Below, piece by piece: positions 13,168 to 22,942 of a stretch of DNA of 64,000 nucleotides. The position numbers and the translations under genes are program-made. Origin of the DNA: Eggerthellaceae bacterium (GTDB lineage: Bacteria; Actinomycetota; Coriobacteriia; Coriobacteriales; Eggerthellaceae); assembly GCA_051878795.1 (NCBI GenBank), contig JBJEKU010000010.1:13231-77230 (forward strand), in the 5' to 3' direction. The notes under the pieces were generated by a model. It worked only from the letters and a program-made list of their open reading frames with translations. It made no database searches and was not told the origin of the DNA. How positions within the stretch are numbered: position 1 is the first letter of the stretch; the number at the start of each line of letters is the position of its first letter.

Positions 13168-13908
13168 ATGGCGAAGAAGAAGCAACGCTTGGACCAGCTG
13201 CTGGTCGAGCGCGGCATCTATCCTGACGTGCAAGCCGCCTTGCGTGCGGTTCTGGCCCACGAGGTGAAGGTGGGCGATGCGTATGCCGCGAGCGCTGCCA
13301 TGAAGGTTGATCCCGATGCGCAGATCCAGGCAAAGGGCAGGCGCCAGTACGTTTCCCGCGGCGGGTTCAAGCTCGCAGGAGCCCTGGATGCCTTCGGCCA
13401 ATGCGTGGAGGGGAAGAGCTGTATCGACATCGGTTCTTCCACGGGCGGATTTTCGGACTGCCTGTTGCAGCGCGGCGCGGCAAGCGTTGCCTGCGTGGAT
13501 GTGAACTACGGACAGCTTGCCTGGGAGGTGCGCACCGACCCGCGGGTCAGCGTGTTCGAGCGAACCAACATCAAGGCCGCCAGCCCCGAAAGCCTGGGAG
13601 CTCCTTTCGACATCCTGGTCGCCGACCTGAGCTTCATAGGCCTGGCCCAGCTTGCAGGCGTGTTCGCACGCCTATGCGCGCCAGGCAGCGTGTTCATAGG
13701 ATTGGTTAAACCCCAGTTCGAAAGCAACCATGACGAGACCGAAGGTGGTTTGGTGGTTGACCCCGAGGTTCGTGCGCGCACCGTGCGCGAGGTGCAAGAC
13801 GCCCTGACTCAAGCGGGTTTCTGCGTGACCGACACCGTGGAGTCGTCGATCGTGGGAAAGCGCAGCGGGAATATCGAATACCTGGTGCGTGCGGAATACC
13901 GCGGTTAG
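13168..13908 (+). CDS. tlyA: TlyA-family rRNA 2'-O-methyltransferase
   Basis: S4-like N-terminus RLDQLLVERG, SAM motif CIDIGSSTGGFSDCLLQRGA, and LVKPQFE. Confidence 0.9.
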   Translation: MAKKKQRLDQLLVERGIYPDVQAALRAVLAHEVKVGDAYAASAAMKVDPDAQIQAKGRRQYVSRGGFKLAGALDAFGQCVEGKSCIDIGSSTGGFSDCLLQRGAASVACVDVNYGQLAWEVRTDPRVSVFERTNIKAASPESLGAPFDILVADLSFIGLAQLAGVFARLCAPGSVFIGLVKPQFESNHDETEGGLVVDPEVRARTVREVQDALTQAGFCVTDTVESSIVGKRSGNIEYLVRAEYRG

Positions 13909-14101
13909 GTTCGAGGGAGTGCCCGGTCTTCCGGTAGGGCCGAGTGGTGACGTCCGAACCGCTGGGACGGGACGCGGATGAAACCATCGGTATCGCTTGT
14001 GCGGAATGCCGGAAAAACCACCTTTGGTAGCGTTTCTGTACGTCGATAAGGTATCGTGTCTTCTGCAAGCTTACAGAAAGCTGACACCGGAGATGATTCA
14101 C

Positions 14102-15289
14102 ATGAAAAACGAGGAAAAGCGCCCAAGGTTTTCCGTGCCTGCGAGGGTTGCCGCCGTTGTAACGGCCGCCATCTGCGCCTGCGCGTTGACCTTTGCGGTT
14201 TCTCCCGAAAGCAGCCTTGCGGATCTGTTCCAGGAAACGGCGTACGCGGCGGGCGGCTCGTCGGGTTCGGGCAGTGCGAAAGCGGCAGACGAGAAGCCTT
14301 CGAGCACGGATAAGACCGGTTCCGAAACCGGCAAGGCGGCAACGGAGGGCGGTTCGAAGGATGCCGGCTCTTCTACGCAGCAGGCAAAAGGGGAGGCGGA
14401 TGCTGCAGCAGCATCGTCGGACGGATTCGTCACGCTCGACCAGATCCCCGAGTATTCCGGCTCGCCCTATGTCGAGCTCAATGGGAACCAGCCGTATTTC
14501 GACCCGGATGATTATCCGTACGAATCCTTCGAGAGCTATGCGCCTTTGGATAGCCTGGGCCGTTGCGGCGAGTGTGCGGCGCTGGTGGGCGAGGAAACCA
14601 TGCCTACCGAAAAGCGCGGCTCCATCGGTTCGGTGAAGCCTTCCGGTTGGTGCATGCATAAGTACGATTGGGTTGATGGCAAGTACGTATACAACCGCTG
14701 CCACCTGCTGGGATATCAGCTGACTGCGGAAAACGCCAACGTGCGCAACCTGATCACGGGCACCCGTTCCATGAATGTCGATGGCATGGAGCCCTTCGAA
14801 TCGAAGGTCGCCCAGTATGTAAAGAGCACCGGCAACCATGTGCTCTACCGTGTGACACCCTTGTTCGAAGGCAACGAGCTGGTTGCCCGCGGCGTGGTGA
14901 TGGAAGTACGCTCCATGGAAGATGATGGCAAGGGCCTGTCGTTCTGCATCTACTGCTATAACGTGGAGCCCGGCGTGACCATCGACTATGCTTCGGGTGA
15001 GAATTGGGCCGATGGAACCATGGGTTCCGGAGAGTCTTCGGATGATTCCGACGGCAGCGCTGCAGCGGCGGGCGCGGTTGCGGCATCTGCAGCGGACTCG
15101 GCGGAGCCTGCAGCTTCGGGGGATTCGGTTGCAGCATCGTATGTGCTCAACACCAATTCCAAGAAATTCCATGTTCCCGAATGCGGATCGGTCGATCAGA
15201 TGAGCGAGGCGAATAAGGAGTATTTCAACGGAACCAGGGATGAGGCTATCGCCAGGGGCTATACCCCCTGCAAGCGGTGCAATCCGTAA
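14102..15289 (+). CDS. Secreted DNA/RNA non-specific endonuclease (Endonuclease_NS_2 / DNA-entry-nuclease type) with a C-terminal Cys-rich module
   Basis: Signal/TM segment VAAVVTAAICACALTFAV, low-complexity linker, then the core YNRCHLLGYQLTAENANVRNLITGTRSMN...YRVTPLFEGNELVARGVVME. The C-terminus has KKFHVPECGS...YTPCKRCNP. I chose ATG 14102, 9 nt after GGAG. Confidence 0.8.
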   Translation: MKNEEKRPRFSVPARVAAVVTAAICACALTFAVSPESSLADLFQETAYAAGGSSGSGSAKAADEKPSSTDKTGSETGKAATEGGSKDAGSSTQQAKGEADAAAASSDGFVTLDQIPEYSGSPYVELNGNQPYFDPDDYPYESFESYAPLDSLGRCGECAALVGEETMPTEKRGSIGSVKPSGWCMHKYDWVDGKYVYNRCHLLGYQLTAENANVRNLITGTRSMNVDGMEPFESKVAQYVKSTGNHVLYRVTPLFEGNELVARGVVMEVRSMEDDGKGLSFCIYCYNVEPGVTIDYASGENWADGTMGSGESSDDSDGSAAAAGAVAASAADSAEPAASGDSVAASYVLNTNSKKFHVPECGSVDQMSEANKEYFNGTRDEAIARGYTPCKRCNP

Positions 15290-15328
15290 GCGATTGCCAA
15301 AGTTTCCAACCGAAGACCGGATTCATGC

Positions 15329-15354
15329 GCGAACCCGCCGGAAGGCGGGTTCGC
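15329..15354. terminator. Hairpin between convergent genes
   Basis: GCGAACCCGCC-GGAA-GGCGGGTTCGC. There is no strong T-run. Confidence 0.4.
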
Positions 15355-15368
15355 TGCATTCGGATCTA

Positions 15369-16886
15369 TTATTCCTCTTCTTCCAGGGAAACCTGGTTGA
15401 TGCGGTCGGCAAGGTCGCTGCCGCGTTCGTAGAACAGCAGATCCTGGTTGTGCTCGAAGTACTTATCGCAGCCATGGCTATTGATGAAGTCCATTCCGAA
15501 GCGGTTTGCGGAAAGCGCGGTCACCAGCAGCAGCATCTCCTGATCGGATCCGAAGGCGGCTTCAGTGAAGGTGAAGGCGTTGTCCAGTGCCGCGGATGCA
15601 TCTTCCACCATGGTGTCCAAGCGCTCCACGGCGGCACCGAATGCGGCCTTCAGGGTGGCGAAGGGCATGGTTGCCTCGCTGCCGTTCTCGTTCAGGGCGT
15701 CGCTCACCAAGGCGATGAAGCGCTGGTAAGCCAGGCGCTTGCCTTCGGTGATCAGGCCGTTCGCGCGCTCGGTTGCCAGGGTCTGGGTCACTTCCAGCTG
15801 AGCCTTGCGTGCAGCTTCCAGGCAGTCGGCTTCGTCGGAGTCGGCTTCCAGGCCTTCCTTGATCCGGCTCAGCTGCTCGAATGCGAATTCCACGGCCTTT
15901 TCTTCCAGCATGGTGGAACGCAGGGTGTTGCCCAGTGCATCGGTGATCAGGCCCATCAGGGAAACGCGTTCGTCGAAGGGCGCCTCTGCGGCGCGGGAGA
16001 TGATGCCCTCGTCCGCCTCGCCGGCAAGGATCTTGTCGATCTGGTAGTCGGAGCGGTACTTGGTGAACAGCTCGTAGTACACCGCGAAGGACTTGGAGAT
16101 CTCGGGGTCCTGGACGTATTGGCCGATCAGCAGCTCGTCGACGGGCAGGTTCTGCTCTTCGTACAGGCGGATCATCGCGGAAAGGTCGTCCCAGCCACGG
16201 GCGGTGACGAAGCTCTTGCCGTCGACGGTGGTCTCAACGCTGTAGAAGTGGTTGCGCTTGATGTCCAGATAGGTGATGACCGCGGGATGGGTACCGTGGT
16301 CGATGGCGTAGTCGCGCCATACGTTGAAGTCGGGTTCGACGTCGATGCGCTTCAAACGGTCCCAGGTTGCGATGTCGAAGTCATGGACGGTGCGGTTGTA
16401 CTCGGGCGGGTTGCCTGCGGTGACTACGATCCAGCCGTCGGGTACGCGATGACGGCCGAAGGTCTTGTACTGCAGGAACTGCAGCATGGCAGGGGTGAGG
16501 GTTTCGGAGACGCAGTTGATCTCGTCCAGGAACAGGATGCCCTCGGTGCGTCCGGTTGCCTCGATGGCATCGTAGACGCTCGAGATGATCTCGCTCATGG
16601 TGTATTCGGAAACCTCGAATTCTTCACCGCCGTAGTTCTTCTTGGCGATGAAGGGCAGGCCCAGTGCGCTCTGGCGGGTGTGATGGGTCATGGAATAGGA
16701 AACCAGGGCCACGTCCAGTTCGTGGGCGATCTGCTCCATGATGGCGGTCTTGCCGATGCCGGGTGCGCCGATCAGGAACACGGGGCGCTGGCGCTGGGGG
16801 GTCAGGCGGTAGTTGCCGAACTCGTCCTTGGAGAAGTATGCCTGCATGGCATACTTGATCTGGTCCTTTGCCTGGCGGATATCCAT
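15369..16886 (-). CDS. AAA_5 / MoxR-like ATPase
   Basis: Walker A GAPGIGKT, Walker B ILFLDEIN, and VVTAGNPPEYN (sensor region), followed by a long helical C-terminal half. RBS AAAGGA. Confidence 0.85.
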   Translation of the reverse strand: MDIRQAKDQIKYAMQAYFSKDEFGNYRLTPQRQRPVFLIGAPGIGKTAIMEQIAHELDVALVSYSMTHHTRQSALGLPFIAKKNYGGEEFEVSEYTMSEIISSVYDAIEATGRTEGILFLDEINCVSETLTPAMLQFLQYKTFGRHRVPDGWIVVTAGNPPEYNRTVHDFDIATWDRLKRIDVEPDFNVWRDYAIDHGTHPAVITYLDIKRNHFYSVETTVDGKSFVTARGWDDLSAMIRLYEEQNLPVDELLIGQYVQDPEISKSFAVYYELFTKYRSDYQIDKILAGEADEGIISRAAEAPFDERVSLMGLITDALGNTLRSTMLEEKAVEFAFEQLSRIKEGLEADSDEADCLEAARKAQLEVTQTLATERANGLITEGKRLAYQRFIALVSDALNENGSEATMPFATLKAAFGAAVERLDTMVEDASAALDNAFTFTEAAFGSDQEMLLLVTALSANRFGMDFINSHGCDKYFEHNQDLLFYERGSDLADRINQVSLEEEE

Positions 16887-16984
16887 ATATGTCCTTTCTC
16901 TTACGAGTCGTTTCTCTTTCGCGCTTCGATTGCGCTATGCGGGGCGGCTGCCCTGGATCGTGCCGGGCAGCCGAGGTTTCGCGA

Positions 16985-18511
16985 TCAGTAGTCGGTTTCT
17001 TCCAGGAATTCGGTTTCTTCCAACTGGATCTTCATCGCCCAGGTGGGAACCGGCGGGTCGGTGGGAATCTCGTCCACGAAAGCGAAGCAGACGTTGTAGT
17101 CGGGTGCCTTCGTGGGGTAGGTGCCCTGTCCGTCGGTGAAGTAGATGACGCCGCCGAAGTTGGTGATCTCGCCCATCTCGATCTGGTCGTTCACGTAGCT
17201 GAACACCGGGCGGAAGTCGGTGCCGCCCAGGCCCTTCACTTCCAGGTTTTCCAGATAGCGGTCGAAGTCCTTGCGCTCCTTCACATGGTAGATATCCGTG
17301 ATTTCGGCATCGCACTGGATGATGGTGACGTCCATCTTCGTGGAGAAGCTGGATTCGTTGGTGAGGATGGAATAGGTCTGCTCCAGGAACTTGCGGACCA
17401 GGCCGTTCTTCGTGGAGGAAGAGGTGTCGATTGCGATGACGAATTCCTTGATGCGTTTCTGCTCGGTGTATTCCAAGGGCTCGATCAGGGGCAGGTTGCC
17501 GTAGCGCTGCAGGCCGAAGCAATAGTACACGTAGTCGAATTCATCGTCGTTGATGAGCAGATGCTCGCCCATGACCGCGAACTTGCGCAGGAACACACGG
17601 TAGTCGGTGCGCTTGCGGGTGACGCGGGTCAGGTTCATCTTCATGTTGGCACCCTCGGTGCCCCACAGGGTGGCGTAGGAATCCATCTGGATGCCCAGTT
17701 CCAGGGCTGCGTCTTCCCAGGTTTCCTTCGTGCGGTCCAGGTTGATGGTGTTCGCCATGCGCTGGCCGATCGCGATGCTGGAATTCTTGGGTGCTTCCTT
17801 CTGCGTGATGTCTTCCGGCGCCAAGCCCGAAGAGGACTTGTGGGATTTCTCGATCTGGTCTGCTTCCGGGGGCAGTTCCATGTCGGTTCCGTTAGGAGCG
17901 GCCTTGGTGGCGTGGCCGCCCCTGCTGCCGCCTTCTTCCTCTTCGCCGTCCTTGCCTGCGTCCTTGCCGTCTTCCTTCACGTAGGGTGCGTGCCAAGGTT
18001 CGTGATCGTCGGCATAGAAGGGCTCGCGCAGGGCTTCCAGCTCTTCCAGGGTCAGCTTGCGGTCGAGCAGGTAGCGGTAAACCGCCTCTGCGGTGAAGTG
18101 CTTGACGTTTCCGGCGATTTCCGCGCAGGTCGCCGCCTGCCGTGCCTCGCGCGCACAGCGGACCACTCCCAGATTCAGGCCGGTGATGGAGTGCTCCACC
18201 ACGATGTCGCAGGCCGCATCCCAGAAGGGGGCGTTCACCGTTGCTCCGGCAAAGGGGTGCAGGAAGACGCAGTGCATCACCGCGTGCAGGTAGTTACGCG
18301 CTAATGCCGCAGGCTCTTCCGCGTAGGTGCGGGCAGCCCAAGCGGGGCTGTAACGCAGGTAGTTGCCGTCGGTTGCGAAGGTGGCTCCTGCGATGGGCAG
18401 TCCCTTCAGGCGGGCGCAGGCGCTTGCCATGAAGCGCATGTTCACCACGATGGAGTTTTTGGAAAGCTCAAGCGCCTGGGCTCCTAATTGGGCTATTGAC
18501 TCTTGCGCCAT
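16985..18511 (-). CDS. vWA-domain protein with an N-terminal DUF2201-type peptidase-like domain
   Basis: I chose the start at MAQESI (ATG 18511), which has a GGAAGGAGG RBS. The N-domain carries HAVMH where HExxH would be expected. The C-terminal vWA domain has an intact MIDAS DTSSS. It lies 98 nt upstream of the AAA ATPase on the same strand. Confidence 0.8.
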   Translation of the reverse strand: MAQESIAQLGAQALELSKNSIVVNMRFMASACARLKGLPIAGATFATDGNYLRYSPAWAARTYAEEPAALARNYLHAVMHCVFLHPFAGATVNAPFWDAACDIVVEHSITGLNLGVVRCAREARQAATCAEIAGNVKHFTAEAVYRYLLDRKLTLEELEALREPFYADDHEPWHAPYVKEDGKDAGKDGEEEEGGSRGGHATKAAPNGTDMELPPEADQIEKSHKSSSGLAPEDITQKEAPKNSSIAIGQRMANTINLDRTKETWEDAALELGIQMDSYATLWGTEGANMKMNLTRVTRKRTDYRVFLRKFAVMGEHLLINDDEFDYVYYCFGLQRYGNLPLIEPLEYTEQKRIKEFVIAIDTSSSTKNGLVRKFLEQTYSILTNESSFSTKMDVTIIQCDAEITDIYHVKERKDFDRYLENLEVKGLGGTDFRPVFSYVNDQIEMGEITNFGGVIYFTDGQGTYPTKAPDYNVCFAFVDEIPTDPPVPTWAMKIQLEETEFLEETDY

Positions 18512-18737
18512 CAAACCTCCTTCCCGTTCGAAGGCCGCAGTGTTACAAGGCTGCGGCACAGTTGAATTAGCTTGATTATCCTAACCCTGAGAGTGTAGCA
18601 TTTTCGGGGCGCGGACCTGTTTTTCCCGCGCCCAGCTTAACCTATCGGAGATGATTTCGCGTAAGGTTTCGATACTGCCGTATCGCCAGGTCATCGTGGG
18701 CTGGAGCCAGTGCGTCCAGCCGTTTGAAAGGATGCCG

Positions 18738-20705
18738 ATGAGCACGTATTCACCTATCTTCGAAGACACCGAGACACCTATCGGGCAGCTTCTCGATCAG
18801 GTTGGCACCGCGGGGTGGCGCGCCAAGTCCAATGAAGTGGGCGTCATCCAGGCGGCGCACGCCATCGATGGCGAGATGTGGGCGCCCCAGCTTACCCCAT
18901 ACAACGAATGGAAGCCCCGCGGTAACGGCCGTGTGAGCGACGGTCACGATGGCGATCTGTACAAGGTGGGTGCCTTGAACATGGGCATTTCCGTGGAGCT
19001 GCGCGAGGAAGTGCTCAAGCGCAGTGCGGAAGCCGCCCGTAAGGCCAAGGCGAGCCAGCTTGCCGAAGAGCAGGATGATTTTCTTGATCGCGACATCATC
19101 GACTTGCCGCTGGTCTTCGGCGTGAAGGAGTGCGAGGGCGGCTATGTTCTTGCGAAGGTTGACCTGCGCCAGTATGCGAAGCGCAGCCGTCGCGAGCGCG
19201 ATCTTGTCCTGGTACTGCCGTCCCACGTGGATGGGGTTCCCATCATCAGGATCGATGCCGACGCTTTCTCGCGCTTCAACGTGCGCGGCATCGGCGTGCG
19301 ATTGGTAGTGGTTCCCGACACCGTGCGCACCATCGACCCTGGTTGCTTTTCGTACCTGGCAGCGGAATACGTCTACGTCGGCGCCCAGGCGACGGTGCTG
19401 GGCGGCCAGCCGCTCGAACGTTGGGCCCTGAAACCCCAGGTCGACCAGCGCTACTACTATGTCTCTCCCGACAATCCCGCATGGAAGAGCGTGGATGGCA
19501 GCCTGGTTTCCAAAGACGGGACCTCGCTTCTGTTCCTGGCCCCGCCGTATGGCAAGCGCGTGCGCATTCCCCAGGGCGTCGTGCGCGTGGAAACCGATGC
19601 CCTTGCCAAGTGGGACAGCGTGCCCGAGGTAGTCGAATGCGGCCACGAACTCACGCGTATGGCTTCGAAGGAATGGGACGGGGCCTTGTGGCTATGCCCG
19701 CAGGATGCGCCCATGTTCGACATCCTGCTGCGCCGCGGTGTGCGCCTGGCAGGCCCCGGTGTTGTGACCGACCAGGACTGCTGGTACGACTTCGACGAGC
19801 GCGGTGCCCTGTTGGTTGCAGGCCCTCCGGCTCCTCCGAGTGTTTCGCAGACCTTCGCGCGTGCGGCGGCAAGCATGGCAGACGGCACGGGCGACGCATC
19901 CCCTGCAGCCTTGGCGAAGAAGGTTGCCAAGACCCGTCCGCCCGCAACCTCGTTGCGCCTGCCTGCGGAAGTGGGGGGCACGCCATTGGTGCGTATCGCT
20001 TCCCGCGGCCTTATCACCTGCCCCGATACGCTGATCGTGCCCGAAGGCGTAGTTTCCGTGGGGGAGGACAATGCCTGCAAGGGCCTGAAGAACCTGTCGT
20101 TGCCGGCAAGCCTGCGCCGTATCGAGGCGCACAGCTTCACCTCCCGCTGCCTGAAGGGCGTTACGTCCATTCCCGCTGGGGTGGCGAGCGTGGGCGAAGG
20201 TTGCTTCGAGTATAGCGTCGTGCGTCTGGAGCACACCGGAACCATCGTCCACGTTTCTGCGAACCAGCTGCTCAACTGCTTCATCGAGCGCACCGACGAG
20301 GAAATCGCCGCACTGCAGGGCGCCGACCCGTCAAGCTATGTGCCTTTCGATTATGCCGCTTACGATGAACTGTTGGTGCAGGGCAAGAACCTGCCCGACC
20401 GTATCGGTGCATTGGTGCATCGCATTGCGAACCCCTTCGGCCTTGCCGATGACGCACGTGCGAGCATCGTATCGCAGATGCTGGCGAACAGCCGCGAGGT
20501 GATGGAATACGTGGCACGTGAAGGCGACTCGGAAACCGTGGCGAAGCTGATGGATGCCGGGTTCATCAACGACCAGAACTTCGACGAGCAGATAGAGATG
20601 CTGCGCCGTTGCAACCGCACCGACTGCGTCATGCTGCTGATGGAGCGGCATCGTGCGAAGAACGCAGGCAAGCAGAAATCGGTGAAGTTGCGTTTCGCTT
20701 TATAG
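18738..20705 (+). CDS. BspA-type leucine-rich-repeat (LRR_5) protein with no signal peptide
   Basis: Repeats of the form IPEGVVSVGEDNACKGLKNLSLPASLRRIEAHSF / IPAGVASVGEGCFEYS, and a helical C-terminal tail. The start could be ATG 18738 (6 nt after GAAAGGA) or 18732. Confidence 0.75.
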   Translation: MSTYSPIFEDTETPIGQLLDQVGTAGWRAKSNEVGVIQAAHAIDGEMWAPQLTPYNEWKPRGNGRVSDGHDGDLYKVGALNMGISVELREEVLKRSAEAARKAKASQLAEEQDDFLDRDIIDLPLVFGVKECEGGYVLAKVDLRQYAKRSRRERDLVLVLPSHVDGVPIIRIDADAFSRFNVRGIGVRLVVVPDTVRTIDPGCFSYLAAEYVYVGAQATVLGGQPLERWALKPQVDQRYYYVSPDNPAWKSVDGSLVSKDGTSLLFLAPPYGKRVRIPQGVVRVETDALAKWDSVPEVVECGHELTRMASKEWDGALWLCPQDAPMFDILLRRGVRLAGPGVVTDQDCWYDFDERGALLVAGPPAPPSVSQTFARAAASMADGTGDASPAALAKKVAKTRPPATSLRLPAEVGGTPLVRIASRGLITCPDTLIVPEGVVSVGEDNACKGLKNLSLPASLRRIEAHSFTSRCLKGVTSIPAGVASVGEGCFEYSVVRLEHTGTIVHVSANQLLNCFIERTDEEIAALQGADPSSYVPFDYAAYDELLVQGKNLPDRIGALVHRIANPFGLADDARASIVSQMLANSREVMEYVAREGDSETVAKLMDAGFINDQNFDEQIEMLRRCNRTDCVMLLMERHRAKNAGKQKSVKLRFAL

Positions 20706-20750
20706 GATCTGCGGGGCGCCGGAGAGCTGCCCGCTGTCCAAGAAAAGACA

Positions 20751-20780
20751 AAAGAGCCTGCAGTTGCGGGCTCTTTTTAT
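20751..20780 (+). terminator. Rho-independent terminator after the LRR gene
   Basis: AAAGAGCC...GGCTCTTT hairpin followed by a T-run. Confidence 0.6.
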
Positions 20781-20844
20781 AATTGCGATTAGCATTGATG
20801 ATACTATGATCCTGTGAGGTTTCGGATGCGAGGGAAGGGACCTG

Positions 20845-22107
20845 ATGGGTAAAAACGGCGGTGCTGCCGGTTCGGTTGGCTGGAAGGCGTTTTCAGGCAT
20901 TTGCGTGATGTCCCTGCTCTGGAGCGGTATCGAGTGGTACTGCATGAGTCTGTATGCCGATCCGGTGGTGACCGATTTGGGGATATCCAGGACCGCCTTC
21001 ATGTTCGCGCTCTCCCTGATGGCAGGCATCAGCGCTACGGTCAGTCTGACCTGCTTCGGTTCCGTCGAGCAGCGTTTCGGAGTCCGTCGCCTGCTCATTG
21101 CAGGCGGCATTTTGGACACCCTGGCGTTTCTGGTGCTGGGATTGGCGAATTCCCTTCCCGTTTTGTACTTGGGTGCCATCCTGTACGGCTTCGGCACGAG
21201 CGTGACCGGGTACAACATGGCGGCAACTGCGGTGAACCATTGGTTTGCCAGCAGGAGGGGGTCCATGGTGGGCGTTGCGAACACCGTCGGCTGCGTTTCG
21301 GGGATAGTGTTTTCCCCGGTAATCGCGGCGCTCATCGCGGTAGTGGGCTGGAGGATGTCGTTTTTCGTCTGCTTCGTTCTTTCGGTGGCGGGCGTGCTGC
21401 TGGTCGCCTTCCTGTACAGGGGCAACCCTGAAGACCTGGGCGTCGAACCCTTGTATTCCAGCGGGCAGGAAGGAGCAGATCCTCGGGAAACGCCTGCTTT
21501 TGCCGAAGAGGGCGAAGAAGACCAGGGTGGAGTGCCCTATTCCCAGGCAATCAGGACCAGCCGTTTCTGGATCCTTGCGCTTGCGTATTTCGTCATCGGC
21601 ATGGCGAGTTACGGGATCATGAGCACCATGGCCTTGTTCGCCATCGATTTCGGATATTCCAGCCTGCAGGGAGTTGTTGTGAGCGTTTCGCTCATCGCCT
21701 CGGCCGTCCTGTTGGTGCCCTTGGGTGCGGTGTGCGACCGCTTCGGGAGCCGTTGGGCCCTTACCATCTGCTGTGCGACAGCTATCATCGCCGCCCTTCT
21801 GCTTTGCGCCGGATCCCTTCCCGCAGCGGCGGTTTTCATTGCCTCTGCCTGCTCGGGCGCAGCGTACAACAGCACGATTGTTCCCGTGAGCGTTTCCGTG
21901 CGCGAGGCCTTCGGGGCGCGCGAGTATTCCAAGAAGCTGGGTTTCTGCGCGGGGTGCGCGACGGTGGGCATTTCTGCCGGCCCCACTGTGACCAGCATGT
22001 TCTTCGATTTGACGGGTAGCTACCATATGGCGTTGGTCGCCTTCGCCATCCTGTGCGCAGCCGCCCTGTTCGCCTTTCATGCTGTTGCCCGCCCGGCGGT
22101 ACGCTAG
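20845..22107 (+). CDS. MFS transporter
   Basis: About 12 hydrophobic segments with a central charged loop (EGADPRETPAFAEEGEEDQ). RBS GGGAAGGGA. Confidence 0.85.
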   Translation: MGKNGGAAGSVGWKAFSGICVMSLLWSGIEWYCMSLYADPVVTDLGISRTAFMFALSLMAGISATVSLTCFGSVEQRFGVRRLLIAGGILDTLAFLVLGLANSLPVLYLGAILYGFGTSVTGYNMAATAVNHWFASRRGSMVGVANTVGCVSGIVFSPVIAALIAVVGWRMSFFVCFVLSVAGVLLVAFLYRGNPEDLGVEPLYSSGQEGADPRETPAFAEEGEEDQGGVPYSQAIRTSRFWILALAYFVIGMASYGIMSTMALFAIDFGYSSLQGVVVSVSLIASAVLLVPLGAVCDRFGSRWALTICCATAIIAALLLCAGSLPAAAVFIASACSGAAYNSTIVPVSVSVREAFGAREYSKKLGFCAGCATVGISAGPTVTSMFFDLTGSYHMALVAFAILCAAALFAFHAVARPAVR

Positions 22108-22418
22108 GTCCATCTCCGGTCCTCGCCTCGCCACAGTGTCTGGCGCGGGAGGACGGGCCGGGGTTGCCAGGGTACGCGGGTGAATGTGCCGGGGGTTTCC
22201 GGAGCGCGCGGTTCTTCCCGATATGCATGGGAACCCTGCCGCGCCAATGCATGCGCTCCGACCCGATACAACCGGTCCGATCGGTTTTCCGTCTTCTTGC
22301 GAAGCAGGTGGTTTTCCCTGGTCTGGTATGCTTGGTGTGAATACTAAGCACCCGGCTGCCTTGAATATGGGTTCGCGGCGGGCGGGCTGTGCGCCGTTCA
22401 GGCGCGGAAGGAGGGCGA

Positions 22419-22931
22419 ATGGAAGCAATCGAAACGGCGGCGGTGGGCGATACCGTGTCCTTCGGCCCCTATGAGTGGCTTGTCATCGCAAAGGAAGAAT
22501 CCAGGGCGATGCTCATCACCCGCGATTCCATCGATCAGGGAACCAGGTATAACGAAACCATGGGGCGCACCTATTGGGAAAACTGCACCCTGCGTACTTG
22601 GTTGAACGGCGAATTCCTCGACCGTTTCCCCGAAGCGGACCGGGAGCGCATCCTGCAGGTGGAAGTGGGCGATTCCGGCAATCCCAAGTTCGAGCTGGAC
22701 GGCGGCAACGCGACCATGGACAAGGTCTTCTGCCTTTCCGCCAAGGAAGCCAAGGAGCTGATGGACGACGAACAGCGCAAGGCTTCCGCTAACTGGTGGA
22801 TCCGCACCCCGGGCTATGTGTCCATGCATGCGGTGTGCGTGTTCAGCGATTCGGGCGGGATCTATCTCGATGGTTATTCCGTCAATACGGGTAATTTCGC
22901 AGTCCGTCCCGCGCTGTGGGTTTCGTGCTAG
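22419..22931 (+). CDS. DUF6273-like protein
   Basis: GDTVSFGPYEWLVI...YWENCTLRTWLNGEFLDRF...DKVFCLSAKEAKEL...WWIRTPG...VRPALWVS matches the pattern I recall for DUF6273. Start at MEAIE after GGAAGGAGGG. Confidence 0.7.
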   Translation: MEAIETAAVGDTVSFGPYEWLVIAKEESRAMLITRDSIDQGTRYNETMGRTYWENCTLRTWLNGEFLDRFPEADRERILQVEVGDSGNPKFELDGGNATMDKVFCLSAKEAKELMDDEQRKASANWWIRTPGYVSMHAVCVFSDSGGIYLDGYSVNTGNFAVRPALWVSC

Positions 22932-22942
22932 GGGGTGCCGGC

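Noticed and set aside
15240-18304. Plus-strand ORFs 15240..16991 (583 aa) and 16868..18304 (478 aa).
   Set aside because: They are antisense to the AAA ATPase and vWA genes, which have Walker and MIDAS motifs and good RBSs. The plus-strand products are Gly/Val/Ala/Asp repeats without motifs.
20893-22428. 511-aa minus-strand ORF, and 41818..43332 (504 aa), 48237..50201 (654 aa), 62783..63925 (380 aa), 7629..8621, 8703..9704, 52975..54105 and similar.
   Set aside because: All are antisense to genes with clear homology (MFS, kinase, rsmA/flavodoxin, mltG, glmS, galU). They are rich in Arg, Gly, Ala and His, and none has a convincing RBS.
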